From an uncultured bacterium (GTDB lineage: Bacteria; SAR324; XYD2-FULL-50-16), in contig CBFCZY010000003.1 of assembly GCA_965602905.1 (NCBI GenBank), positions 86,064 to 150,063 of the forward strand: a stretch of DNA of 64,000 bases. Direction: 5' to 3'. The translations under genes and the position numbers were made by a program. Numbering within the stretch: position 1 is the stretch's first letter; the number at the start of each line of letters is the position of its first letter. Positions 39,444-49,276 of the stretch are shown here, piece by piece. The notes beneath the pieces were generated by a model that was given only the letters and a program-made list of their open reading frames with translations, made no database searches and was not told where the DNA came from.

Positions 39444-39677
39444 ATGATTAATTTAACGACTTTATCAACACTGCACCCAGTTCAAATTAGCGAGGATGAC
39501 TACGATTTACTTGTGCAGAAAAAAGATAAAGGATGGACCTACTGTGAGACATCCTTAGAGTGGTTAGCGAAACTGCATTATATTAGAAAAGGCTTTAAGG
39601 AAAAGAAAATGGCACGAGAAAAATTTACAGAACTAGAAAAAGACCTAGTTCTTCGCTGGTGGAAACGCTGGTGTTAA
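39444..39677 (+). CDS. hypothetical small protein (77 aa)
   Basis: ORF with no SD and no homology recognised. It ends 9 nt before the large sensor gene. Confidence 0.3.
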   Translation: MINLTTLSTLHPVQISEDDYDLLVQKKDKGWTYCETSLEWLAKLHYIRKGFKEKKMAREKFTELEKDLVLRWWKRWC

Positions 39678-39686
39678 AGGAATAAA

Positions 39687-42680
39687 ATGGGAAAAAGAAC
39701 CTTACCAATCATCATTATCTTAATTTGCGGATTGGGCTTAAGTGGAGGAGCTTTTTTTCTTGCCCAAGAAAAAATTCTGACTTTTGAATCAAGTCGTTTC
39801 GAAGATATTGCCACCCAGCACCAAAGTCAGCTGCAACGCGACATAAAACAGCTAGAAAAAGAAGCTGCACTTATGGAACTTTTAACCTCAGGTGAGAGGC
39901 GAGATTTTTCTAAAGTAGTTCCCCAAAGCTTTGAATGGCAATTTGGCTGGCATTACGCAGTGCTGCAAAATAAAAAAGAGCTGAAAAAATTACTAAAAGC
40001 AAAAAACAAGGATAAAGAATTCCACTTTCACCCTGAAGCGGCTGAAGCGGCTGAGTTTTTTCTGCCTGTAACTTGGAGCCTTAAGGACTTTGGATTTTTA
40101 GGTTTGGATCTTTTGACCTTGGACGAGCCAAAGTTAGATCTTTTACTTTTGACCCAAAATGGTGGCAGGGAAGTCTGGATTCCAAACTTAAAAAATGGCG
40201 GTGAATGGAGTAAGAATTATTTCATTTTTGCTTTTTCTAAAAAATATACAGAGAGCACCTCAAACATAATCATCGGTAAATTGAAACTGGGCAAGTGGTT
40301 TGGTGACTTTGCTAGAGGCAATGATTTAGATGATTTTGAGTTGGATTTTTCAGTTGAGAGCCCTAATGATTCCCTCTTGTTTCCCTTTGCAGAATTGCCT
40401 GAAAAAAATTCTTTTTTGGTAAAAAAGAAGATTCTTCTTTTTGGCCTTCCCTTAGTTATTAATTACCGCAGTCTTTCTAGTTTTACTCCTATATGGGTTG
40501 TTTATCTACCTTTTGTCATAGCCCTAACAGTAGCCTTTTTGACTCTGGTCTTTTGCTTTTACCTTTTTCGCCAAGCAGTAGTGAAAGAAGAGTCGGATTT
40601 GATTCTATTTCATCAAAAACGTCTGCGCCAGCTTTATGAAACTTCAATCCAGGAAGGGTTTGATGCCCACAGGGTTGAAGATTTGGTTTGGAATAGCCTA
40701 AAAAATATCTGTGAATATGCAGGTTGGCCTGTAGGCCATGCCTTTGTGCCCAATGCCCACGGTGTTGGTGGTGCTGGCAATATCTGGTACTTTCAAGACG
40801 AAGCCAAACACGCCAAGTTTAAAGAGCATTCTGAGTCCAAAAACTTTATGACAGGGCACACCCTGACAGACCGAGTTTTGACCCATTCCAATTATGTCTG
40901 GATACCAGATATAAATTTAGATGACACCTTTACTAAGTCAAAAAATCAAATTGATTTAGGTGTAAAGTCAGCTATTGGGGTACCTGTTTTCGCACAGGGA
41001 GAAGTGAAGATGGTCTTAGAATTTTTTGGCCAAGATGCTGCAAACTGCGACGAAAACCTAATGGAAAAGGTTACAAATTTATCCAAACAACTTGGTGGTT
41101 TAATAGAGGCCAAATGGGCAGAGGAAAAAATAGCATCCTCTATTGGTAGTATGAAAGGGGCTTTGGATATCTTACCCCAGTCGGTATTTTTGTTAGATCA
41201 GGCAGGCCGCTTGAGCATTATGAATTATACGGCTTCTGTGCATTTTGGTTACAATCCCTCTGATGTTCATGGCATGAACTTCGAGATCTTTTTAAGTGAG
41301 CCTCACCAAAGCAAGTATAAGCACTTTTTTGAGTCCTACCGAGAAAACCCTAAGACCCAAACTTTTGACGGTTCAAAGGAAGTTGTCGGTAAGAGAAAAG
41401 ATGGCACTCAGTTGCCAATTCGACTCTATATGAAAGAGTTTATGGTGCAAGACCTGACCTATATTGTGGTACTGGTCAGTCATCCTGAAAAGGACAATAA
41501 ACTTTTAAAACCGACAGAAAAATTAGAGCAGGTGAAACCCTTAGATTTGGGTGTGGGAAGTTTGATGTTAGAGCCCAAAAAGCCCTTGAGCGGAAAAAAC
41601 TTAACCGTATTAGAGCCCATTGCTGTGATCAATGAATTGAGCGAACAGCTATCTGGTGACTTGGCAGTTAAATCAATTGCAGAGGCCATTCGGTGCCAAA
41701 CAAATGCCTTAGAAGATACCCTTGAGAGTTTGTTTTCTCTGTCTCGGATGCAAGAGGGGAGTCTTGAGTTGGAAAAAGAGCCCTTTTTGCTGACTGAATT
41801 AGTTGATCAAGTCTTAAGGCGAGCGAGCCCTAGAGTTTACGCTAAAGGGATTGAGTTGGTATCTAATATCCAGTCCGATGTGCCTGTTAAGTTGATTGGT
41901 GACCCCTTTCATTTGAGTCAAATGTTGCTGTTGCTGATTGACAACAGCGCTCGGTATGTAACGGAAGGTGAAATTTACCTCGAAGTGAAATGTTACCAAA
42001 GTGACCTTTACCAGGCTCAATTGGTTTTTCTAGTTCGAGATTCAGGTTCTGGCATTCCCCCTAGTTTATCTCAAATTTTAATGACGCAAATCCGCCAAGA
42101 CGACCGCATTGCCACTAAAGGTGTAGAGAAGAAATTGGGATTGACCTTAAGCTATGTGAAAGAGTTAGCTCATTTGATGAATGCTCAGGTTTCCATTAAT
42201 TCCATTATGAACGAGTGGAGCTCCATTTCCTTTACCACCTTTGTCGGTCGCCAAAACGAAGAGATTGGGCACATTGGATTGGAAAAGAGTTTAGGGAATC
42301 TCTATGCTTTATTGATAGACCATAACGAGATTCAAAGAAAAGTACTGCAAAAACGCCTTGCCTATCATGGCGCAAGGGCGCATATGTGCAGCAATATCAG
42401 TGAAGGAACTACAAAGTTACTGGACGCTAAAAATATGAAGATGCCATTTGATTGTGTTCTGATCAATGGACAGGGAAATGAGGTTGACGTGAGCGTCTTT
42501 TTAGAAGGCATTCAAGCCATAAAAGAAGATAGGCCCTTTGTGATTGTTATGAGTGAAGATAAGAAGGTAAACTTTGGGGATTATCCAGAGGAATTATGTC
42601 ACATCTTGGCTAAACCTGTGGACTTAACCCAACCTTTTGAGTTGATCGCTAAAATTATTGCCGACTCGCAGTCGAGCTAA
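39687..42680 (+). CDS. large membrane sensor protein (TM, GAF, PAS, degenerate HisKA lacking His, HATPase, receiver-like C-terminus)
   Basis: AAGGA SD. G-boxes DNSARY, DSGSGIP and KKLGLTL are present. The DHp-like helix (NELSEQLSG...SLSRMQEG) contains no histidine. Confidence 0.75.
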   Translation: MGKRTLPIIIILICGLGLSGGAFFLAQEKILTFESSRFEDIATQHQSQLQRDIKQLEKEAALMELLTSGERRDFSKVVPQSFEWQFGWHYAVLQNKKELKKLLKAKNKDKEFHFHPEAAEAAEFFLPVTWSLKDFGFLGLDLLTLDEPKLDLLLLTQNGGREVWIPNLKNGGEWSKNYFIFAFSKKYTESTSNIIIGKLKLGKWFGDFARGNDLDDFELDFSVESPNDSLLFPFAELPEKNSFLVKKKILLFGLPLVINYRSLSSFTPIWVVYLPFVIALTVAFLTLVFCFYLFRQAVVKEESDLILFHQKRLRQLYETSIQEGFDAHRVEDLVWNSLKNICEYAGWPVGHAFVPNAHGVGGAGNIWYFQDEAKHAKFKEHSESKNFMTGHTLTDRVLTHSNYVWIPDINLDDTFTKSKNQIDLGVKSAIGVPVFAQGEVKMVLEFFGQDAANCDENLMEKVTNLSKQLGGLIEAKWAEEKIASSIGSMKGALDILPQSVFLLDQAGRLSIMNYTASVHFGYNPSDVHGMNFEIFLSEPHQSKYKHFFESYRENPKTQTFDGSKEVVGKRKDGTQLPIRLYMKEFMVQDLTYIVVLVSHPEKDNKLLKPTEKLEQVKPLDLGVGSLMLEPKKPLSGKNLTVLEPIAVINELSEQLSGDLAVKSIAEAIRCQTNALEDTLESLFSLSRMQEGSLELEKEPFLLTELVDQVLRRASPRVYAKGIELVSNIQSDVPVKLIGDPFHLSQMLLLLIDNSARYVTEGEIYLEVKCYQSDLYQAQLVFLVRDSGSGIPPSLSQILMTQIRQDDRIATKGVEKKLGLTLSYVKELAHLMNAQVSINSIMNEWSSISFTTFVGRQNEEIGHIGLEKSLGNLYALLIDHNEIQRKVLQKRLAYHGARAHMCSNISEGTTKLLDAKNMKMPFDCVLINGQGNEVDVSVFLEGIQAIKEDRPFVIVMSEDKKVNFGDYPEELCHILAKPVDLTQPFELIAKIIADSQSS

Positions 42681-42773
42681 GAAAGGAAAAGAGGTAAGGG
42701 TTATTAAGGGGAGTTTCAAGGCCCCAAGGGGTGAGTTATAACCCAACCCCATTGAAGCCGCAATTAAGCTAAG

Positions 42774-44060
42774 TTAGCGTTCGCTAACGGGCTTGTATGC
42801 ACGGGCATTATGGCCTGTGTAAATCTGCCGAGGCCTGCCGATTTTTGTATCAGGGCTTTCGATCATTTCCTTCCAGTGAGCAATCCAACCTGGTAGTCTA
42901 CCAATCGCAAACAGCACTGTGAAGAATTTAGGTGGGAATCCCATTGCCTTGTAAAGTATACCAGAGTAGAAATCTACATTTGGATATAATTTCCTTTCAG
43001 CAAAGTAGGAATCGGCCAAGACCTTTTCTTCCAACTCTTTGGCAAGAGCAATTAAAGGGTCACTCACACCTAGTTTTTCTAACACTTGATCCACTAACTT
43101 TTTGATGATTGTGGCTCTAGGGTCAAAGTTCTTGTAAACTCGGTGGCCGAAACCAAAGAGTCTAAAGGGGTCGTTTTTATCCTTCGCTTTATCAATATAC
43201 TTCTGAATCCCGCCGCCTTCTGCGTGGATATTAGATAACATCTCTAACACTGCTTGGTTAGCGCCGCCGTGGAGTGGTCCCCAAAGGGCACAAACACCTG
43301 CTGCAACAGAAGCAAATAGGTTAGCATGGCTGGAACCGACCATTCTTACTGTAGAAGTAGAGCAATTTTGCTCGTGGTCCATGTGTAGAAGCAATAACTG
43401 ATCTAAGGCTCTTTCAATAATAGGGTCCACTTCATAGTCTTCTGTGGGCACAGAAAACATCATCTGCAAAAAGTTTGCTGAATAACTGAGTTTATTGTTG
43501 GGATACATCTTTGGCTGACCGACGCTTTTTTTGTAAGCAAAAGCAGCGATGGTAGGCATCTTAGCAATAAGACGGTGGATGGTAATTTCCACTTCTTTTG
43601 GTGACCAAGGATCGGCACTATCTTCGTAAAAAGTAGAAAGAGCACTGACCACAGAAGATAACGTTGCCATCGGGTGGGCTGAATGGGGCCATGCATCCCA
43701 GTACTTTTTAATATCTTCACGGAGCATCGAATGATGGGTGATGCTATGTTCAAAATCTGCCGCTTGCTCAATAGAAGGCAATTCGCCATTGATCAATAGG
43801 TAAGATGTTTCTAAAAAGTTTGAATGCTCGCAGAGGTCTTCAATTGCGTATCCTCTGTAGCGTAATATTCCCTTTTCCCCGTCAAGGTAGGTGATTGCAC
43901 TTTTACAAGAGCCCGTATTGCCGTAGCCATTATCAAGGGTAATTGCCCCTGTTGTGCCTCTCAGTTTGCTGATGTCGAGACCTGCCTCATTTTCTGTTCC
44001 GTCGATTATAGGTAGGTCAATCTCTGTCCCACGAAAATTCAACTTTGCTGAATCACTCAT
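42774..44060 (-). CDS. gltA: citrate synthase
   Basis: 428 aa with the GHRVYKNFDPRA signature and catalytic His/Asp blocks. Confidence 0.9.
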   Translation of the reverse strand: MSDSAKLNFRGTEIDLPIIDGTENEAGLDISKLRGTTGAITLDNGYGNTGSCKSAITYLDGEKGILRYRGYAIEDLCEHSNFLETSYLLINGELPSIEQAADFEHSITHHSMLREDIKKYWDAWPHSAHPMATLSSVVSALSTFYEDSADPWSPKEVEITIHRLIAKMPTIAAFAYKKSVGQPKMYPNNKLSYSANFLQMMFSVPTEDYEVDPIIERALDQLLLLHMDHEQNCSTSTVRMVGSSHANLFASVAAGVCALWGPLHGGANQAVLEMLSNIHAEGGGIQKYIDKAKDKNDPFRLFGFGHRVYKNFDPRATIIKKLVDQVLEKLGVSDPLIALAKELEEKVLADSYFAERKLYPNVDFYSGILYKAMGFPPKFFTVLFAIGRLPGWIAHWKEMIESPDTKIGRPRQIYTGHNARAYKPVSER

Positions 44061-44215
44061 GATTATACTCCTAAATAGATTTTTCTTTCACATTGTATTA
44101 TCACAGAAAACAATCAAAATTTGCAACCTCTTTTGTATCTAAGGTGAATTGTTTGGCAAGCTAGTTTACTCTTCTTTGTCTTTGCGAAAAAATATAATTT
44201 TAGTTATCATTTTAT

Positions 44216-44500
44216 ATGGAGCAAAAGATGAGTCAGAATAAATCCTTTAAAATCAGAATCAACCAAGGCGAACCCATTGAGTGTGTTTCAGGCCAGACCA
44301 TTGTGCAGGCTGCGCCGCATATTGCTCTAAAGGGCTGTAAAGAAGGCGGTTGTGGGCGTTGCAAAGTGATTGTGATCAAAGGTAAAATTGAACGTGGAGA
44401 TTTGAACACGGCAATTTTAAGCGAAGAGCAAAAAGAAAAGGGTTTTATTCTTAGCTGCCAGACCCTGCCTTTGAGTGATTTAGATTTACAGGTGATTTAG
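44216..44500 (+). CDS. 2Fe-2S ferredoxin (plant-type fold)
   Basis: C-x4-C-x2-C (CKEGGCGRCK) plus a distal Cys in LSCQTLP. Confidence 0.7.
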   Translation: MEQKMSQNKSFKIRINQGEPIECVSGQTIVQAAPHIALKGCKEGGCGRCKVIVIKGKIERGDLNTAILSEEQKEKGFILSCQTLPLSDLDLQVI

Positions 44501-44557
44501 ACGTTGCTTTCAAAAATGAGCAAAGATGGAAACATTCTACATTAAAAAATAAACAAA

Positions 44558-44824
44558 GTGAGCAACAAAATGTACCAAGTAGTCGTAAATGGAAAAGATA
44601 AAGTGCAAAATGCACCAGACCAAACCCTAGTTGAAGCCTTAGGGGACAAGGTTCCCCATGGCTGTAAAGAAGGCGGTTGTGGCCGTTGTAAAATTTTAGT
44701 TACCAAAGGCGAAGTTGCTCACCCTACCTTAAACTCCATTGCTCTAAGCCCGGCAGATCAGGCGGAAGGTTTTACTTTAGCTTGTCAGTCAACACCCTTG
44801 AGTGATTTGGAAATCGAATTTTAG
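44558..44824 (+). CDS. 2Fe-2S ferredoxin, tandem paralog
   Basis: Same CKEGGCGRCK motif plus LACQSTP. About 45% identical to the upstream copy. Confidence 0.7.
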   Translation: MSNKMYQVVVNGKDKVQNAPDQTLVEALGDKVPHGCKEGGCGRCKILVTKGEVAHPTLNSIALSPADQAEGFTLACQSTPLSDLEIEF

Positions 44825-44873
44825 TTTTTACCCTCCCTTTTTTTTCTTCATATTGAGCGCCTCCCCTTAGAGT

Positions 44874-45800
44874 TTGATGATCGCATTAAATGCAATTTTT
44901 CCTATCTTTGCCTTAATCTTTTTAGGTTGGTTTTTAAGAAGGCAGGAGGTCTTAGGGAAGTCTACGGTCTCGCAGTTGACGGCTATGCTCTATTGGTGGG
45001 CTGTGCCTGCCTTGCTCTTTATAAAGTTTGCCAATTTAAAAAGTCTTTCCGTAGATATTAGCAGTTACTTTTACGCCTTTTTGGTTGCCACCTTTGCGGC
45101 GGTCTTTTTAGGATATATGGCTTCGTTGCTCTTGGGTTTATCTAAGGTGAAAGTAGGGGCGCTAGCCCATATTAGCTATCGAGGAAACCTAGCTTTTGTC
45201 GGTCTTCCTATCGCTTTGTATTACATTACTCAGATTCAGATGCCTGAGCTTGAAGGGGTGATCCTTCTGGCCCTGTCGCCGATGATTATTGTTTATAATC
45301 TCTTGGCCGTTGGTCTTTTAGTGATTCATGGTAGTAGTGGGAGTGGGCAAATTCGCTTAGGCATTTATAAAACAGTCACCAACCCTTTGATCTTGAGTTG
45401 CTTGATCGGTATCTTTTTTCGCCTGCAAGAGTGGACTTTGCCTTTTGCCATCAATCAGACCTTAGTGTCCTTGAGCAGTATGGTGGTTCCTCTTTCTTTG
45501 ATAGTGGTAGGTGCTTCAGTGCAGTTTAAAGGCGGCGGGAAGAATAACTTAGCGAGTTTTTTAGGGGCTGCAATAAAAACATTAATTACGCCTTGGGCGG
45601 GATATTTAGCAGGGAATTATTTTGGGTTAGAACCCAATGCTAGAACTCTATTGATGTTTTTTCTAGCTAGCCCAACAGCGGCCTCGGCCTATATTTTAGC
45701 CAAGCAGTTAGGCTCTGATGCTACCATGACCGCAAATGCAACCCTCCTAGGAACCATTTTAAGCCTCTGTTCTTTTCTACTGATTTTCGCCAGTCTCTAA
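44874..45800 (+). CDS. AEC-family (auxin efflux carrier-like) membrane transporter
   Basis: 308 aa, roughly 10 TM helices, with an AEC-like N-terminus (IFPIFALIFLGWFLRR). Confidence 0.75.
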   Translation: MMIALNAIFPIFALIFLGWFLRRQEVLGKSTVSQLTAMLYWWAVPALLFIKFANLKSLSVDISSYFYAFLVATFAAVFLGYMASLLLGLSKVKVGALAHISYRGNLAFVGLPIALYYITQIQMPELEGVILLALSPMIIVYNLLAVGLLVIHGSSGSGQIRLGIYKTVTNPLILSCLIGIFFRLQEWTLPFAINQTLVSLSSMVVPLSLIVVGASVQFKGGGKNNLASFLGAAIKTLITPWAGYLAGNYFGLEPNARTLLMFFLASPTAASAYILAKQLGSDATMTANATLLGTILSLCSFLLIFASL

Positions 45801-45826
45801 GCTTTCAAGGCTAGCGAAAAAACAGA

Positions 45827-47617
45827 CTAAACAAAAATAGACTGCGCTTTTAACAGAGCAATGATCTTGGCCGTAACTTCACCTTCATTTTCATGAGGTC
45901 TTACGTTCAAGTCCACTTCATATTGGGTAAAGCGATTTTCCCCAACATTGACTACGGTCAAACCAGTAGGCCCGTTAATCTGCTTTAAAAGCTCCAAATC
46001 GTAGCCATCTTCCACGGCTACAACCGTGATAAAGATCATACCAGCGTCAGTCATAAGCCTTGAAAGTTCACCGAGTCTACGGATCTCTTCACTCCTATTC
46101 CCTCCGCCTTGGGACTCAAAATCGCTATCCAAACCAAGGTTCAAGTTGGTGTAGGCCATGAAATAGGGGTTGAGTCTCATATCAAAGAGGATCTTTTCTA
46201 AGGCTGCGGCCATCTTGCGTTTACCTAGACCATGGTCACCAGTAAAAACAATAGAAGTAGCCTTATGCCCTGATTTTTCCGCACGTCTCGCAGAGTTTAC
46301 CCAACCACGAACCCAAGATTCTTCACGTAATTTTACATGTTGCTCGTCTAGGGTTTTATCTGTGGAAACCGCAGCGGTAATGATTCCACCACCTGCGATT
46401 TCATAGTCATCGACTAAAACAAAGCGGCCTGTTTGGTCGATCCTCCCTGCCAAGTCAAAAACAATGGGTTTTACGGCTTCAAAGATACATTCGGCAACAT
46501 CGTGGCGGTCCACTTGGTTTTTATCAAGGGCGCCAATATCACTGGCATCAACGATGGAAACCACTTCAATTAAGCGCACAGGTAGCCGCTTGGCTCCGAT
46601 CTTGAGCTTGTATTTTTTCCCAATGATCAAGGGCGCTTTACCCATCCAAAAAATATTGGATTTAAACCTTCTCGCTGTAATGGGTTGCTCTTGGTCTAGG
46701 CGCACCAATAATTCCCCTGGCTGCACATAAACTTGCGTTTCTAAAGTTAAACCCAAAGCTCTACCCGCCTCAGCGGTGGCTAAAGTGGGAGCGTTAAACA
46801 GCTCGATAGATTTAATTTTAGAGCGCTTCTGGGAAGGGAGGAAAATAACCTCATCCCCAACCTTGGCAACACCTGTTTGAATCGTTCCTGCAAATATCCT
46901 GCGGTCGTCACCTTCTTCTGTAAACTTGTAAACACCTTGCAAAGGCATTCGGAAAGGCAATTTAGTTTTATCGGTATTGTCGTCCTTTTCCAAAGCATCA
47001 ATCTGACCAATCAGGTGATTGCCTTTAAACCAAGTCATTTTACCTGAGGGCTTGACCATGTTTTCGCCTTGGAACCCACTAATGGGGATGAAAGCGATAG
47101 GGTCCAAGTCTAGGTTCTTCAAAAAGGCTCGGTACTCTGTTTCTGTCTTGTTGAAAGACTCTTCTGAGTAATCCACCAAGTCCATTTTATTGACTACAAC
47201 AACGACTTTTTTGAGCCCCAACATGGAAACCAAATAGCCATGGCGTTTGGTGTTTTCTTGGATTCCCTCTTTGGCATCAATGACAATCATTGCAGCTTCA
47301 GCAGCAGAGGCACCTGTGACCATGTTTTTTAAAAACTCAATGTGGCCTGGTGCATCAATGATAATATAATGCCTGCGCTCAGTTTCAAAAAAACAACGAG
47401 CTACATCAATGGTAATCCCCTGTTCTTGTTCATCCTTTAGTGCATCTAGCAGAAAGGCAAACTCAAAGGGTTTGGCGTTACGAGCGCACTGGTCTTTAAC
47501 CTGTTGTAATTTTCCATCAGGAAGGCTGCCAGTATCGGCGAGAAGCCTGCCAATGACAGTTGATTTCCCATGGTCAACATGGCCAACGGTCACAATATTT
47601 AGTCTTTCTTTTTCCAT
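45827..47617 (-). CDS. cysN: sulfate adenylyltransferase subunit 1 (CysN GTPase) fused to a degenerate APS-kinase-like C-terminal domain
   Basis: [10 protein letters not shown]1 motif, DAPGH and NKMD. The C-terminal 170 aa align to CysC, but the P-loop reads GDHGLGKRK instead of GLSGSGKS and the DGD motif is lost. The start is set at the MEKER ATG. Confidence 0.85.
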   Translation of the reverse strand: MEKERLNIVTVGHVDHGKSTVIGRLLADTGSLPDGKLQQVKDQCARNAKPFEFAFLLDALKDEQEQGITIDVARCFFETERRHYIIIDAPGHIEFLKNMVTGASAAEAAMIVIDAKEGIQENTKRHGYLVSMLGLKKVVVVVNKMDLVDYSEESFNKTETEYRAFLKNLDLDPIAFIPISGFQGENMVKPSGKMTWFKGNHLIGQIDALEKDDNTDKTKLPFRMPLQGVYKFTEEGDDRRIFAGTIQTGVAKVGDEVIFLPSQKRSKIKSIELFNAPTLATAEAGRALGLTLETQVYVQPGELLVRLDQEQPITARRFKSNIFWMGKAPLIIGKKYKLKIGAKRLPVRLIEVVSIVDASDIGALDKNQVDRHDVAECIFEAVKPIVFDLAGRIDQTGRFVLVDDYEIAGGGIITAAVSTDKTLDEQHVKLREESWVRGWVNSARRAEKSGHKATSIVFTGDHGLGKRKMAAALEKILFDMRLNPYFMAYTNLNLGLDSDFESQGGGNRSEEIRRLGELSRLMTDAGMIFITVVAVEDGYDLELLKQINGPTGLTVVNVGENRFTQYEVDLNVRPHENEGEVTAKIIALLKAQSIFV

Positions 47618-47639
47618 TTTTTTTAAGCCCCTTTTTCGG

Positions 47640-48521
47640 CTACATGTAGCCTTCACGGCGTAACGTTTCTAAACCACCACCATCTTCTTTATCTTGTGCG
47701 CGTCCGCTACGTTCGGCGATATTGGCGAATTTTCCTGTTTTTAGTTCATTGATAATCTCGTCCACATTTTTAGCTGTGGAATCTACGGTGCTAGTACAAG
47801 GATAGCAGCCTAAAGACCTACAACGAGTACCTTCACCTTGATCAAAGTAGAGGTCGATGATTGGAATTTTTTCTCGCTCGATGTATTCCCAAATGTTCAG
47901 CTCGGTCCAATCCAACAGAGGATGTATCCGCAAATGGGTGCCCTTGGCAAAGTCAGTTTTGTACTGGTTCCAAAGCTCTGGTGGTTGGTCGCCGACATCC
48001 CAATCATTTTCTTGGTCACGGGGAGAAAAAACTCTCTCCTTACTGCGGCTTCCTTCTTCATCGGCTCTCGCCCCTACAATAACCCCTGTGTAGGCGTCAG
48101 TGTTAGAATCCAGTTCGTAATCACCTTTCTCATGGTTGAACCTGTATCTGGGCCAGTTGCCAGAAAGGGTATGCTTCAAGGCTGTGGCCTTTAAATTTCG
48201 GCAGCAATTGATGCGGTCTATGTTTCCATCGGGAAAGGTTTCTTTGTTTTTTAAGGCTTCGGCATTTTCGCCGTACACCATGTTGAGTTTCCACTGGGCT
48301 GCCATTTGGTCGCGGTAGGCGATCATTGCTGGCATCTTGTAGTGAGTGTCAATATGGAGCAAGGGGAAGGGCACATGGCCAAAAAAAGCCTTGCGGGCAA
48401 GCCACAATAAAACCGTGCTATCCTTGCCGACAGACCAAAGCATAACAAGACTTTTAAAGTCCCTGTAGGCTTCACGCAAAATATGCACACTCTTGGCTTC
48501 TAGTTGGTCTATATGATTCAT
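47640..48521 (-). CDS. cysD: sulfate adenylyltransferase subunit 2
   Basis: PAPS-reductase-like fold [17 protein letters not shown]. 293 aa. Confidence 0.9.
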   Translation of the reverse strand: MNHIDQLEAKSVHILREAYRDFKSLVMLWSVGKDSTVLLWLARKAFFGHVPFPLLHIDTHYKMPAMIAYRDQMAAQWKLNMVYGENAEALKNKETFPDGNIDRINCCRNLKATALKHTLSGNWPRYRFNHEKGDYELDSNTDAYTGVIVGARADEEGSRSKERVFSPRDQENDWDVGDQPPELWNQYKTDFAKGTHLRIHPLLDWTELNIWEYIEREKIPIIDLYFDQGEGTRCRSLGCYPCTSTVDSTAKNVDEIINELKTGKFANIAERSGRAQDKEDGGGLETLRREGYM

Positions 48522-48569
48522 TTTTAATTCTCAGTTTCTAGACATTTTAGTCTTAAATTAATTTCAATT

Positions 48570-49274
48570 CTATTTTACAGGTCGGTTGTGTAGGCCACAT
48601 TCTTTGTGTTCTGGCGCTTCCCACCACCACCTTCCGCTTCTAATATCTTCTCCCTCGCTCACGGCTCGGGTGCAAGGTGCACAGCCTATGGAAGGAAAAC
48701 CTTGGTCGTGAAGACGATTATAAACCACCTTGGTTTCTTTCACCTTGGCCCAGAGCTCCTCTTCTGAGCAGGCAAACAAAGGATTGATTTTATATATCTT
48801 ATTGCCCGCATCCCACTCAATGGGTTCCACGTCTGCACGGGTTGCACCTTGGCCAGCCCTGAGGCCAGTAACCCAAGCATCCAAACCACCGAGCACACGT
48901 TGCAAGGGGTTAATCTTTCTGATCTTACAACAGAGCTTGCGATTTTCTAAGGAATCATAAAAAAGATTTGGCCCTTTGTTGGCAATCATCTCTTCTAGCT
49001 CCCCAGTATCGGGAGTATAAACCTCATAGGTTACGCAGTAGCTAGACATAGACCGTTGCATGGAATCATAAGTCTCTTGGAACAAGCGCCCTGTATCTAG
49101 CGTGAAAATCCGAAAGTTAGGGATATCCGCTACAAAGTGAGTGAGCAATTGGTCTTCCACACCAAAACTGCTGGCAAGGGCGACTTTAGTGCCAAAGGTT
49201 TTGTTCGCCCAAAGGAGGATATCCTTTGGGCTTAACCCTTCCAGTTGCTTTTTATAGTTTTCAAGCTGATCCAT
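48570..49274 (-). CDS. cysH: adenylylsulfate (APS) reductase, thioredoxin-dependent, Fe-S type
   Basis: The CC pair (KLCCKIRK) plus CAPC and ECGLH is the Cys set that ligates a 4Fe-4S cluster in APS-specific reductases. The start is set at the internal ATG because the tracked start is TTG. Confidence 0.8.
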   Translation of the reverse strand: MDQLENYKKQLEGLSPKDILLWANKTFGTKVALASSFGVEDQLLTHFVADIPNFRIFTLDTGRLFQETYDSMQRSMSSYCVTYEVYTPDTGELEEMIANKGPNLFYDSLENRKLCCKIRKINPLQRVLGGLDAWVTGLRAGQGATRADVEPIEWDAGNKIYKINPLFACSEEELWAKVKETKVVYNRLHDQGFPSIGCAPCTRAVSEGEDIRSGRWWWEAPEHKECGLHNRPVK

Positions 49275-49276
49275 TT

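Noticed and set aside
45827-46340. Calling the cysN C-terminal domain an active APS kinase (bifunctional CysNC)
   Set aside because: The Walker A and DGD catalytic motifs are not conserved, so it is annotated as an APS-kinase-like (probably inactive) domain.
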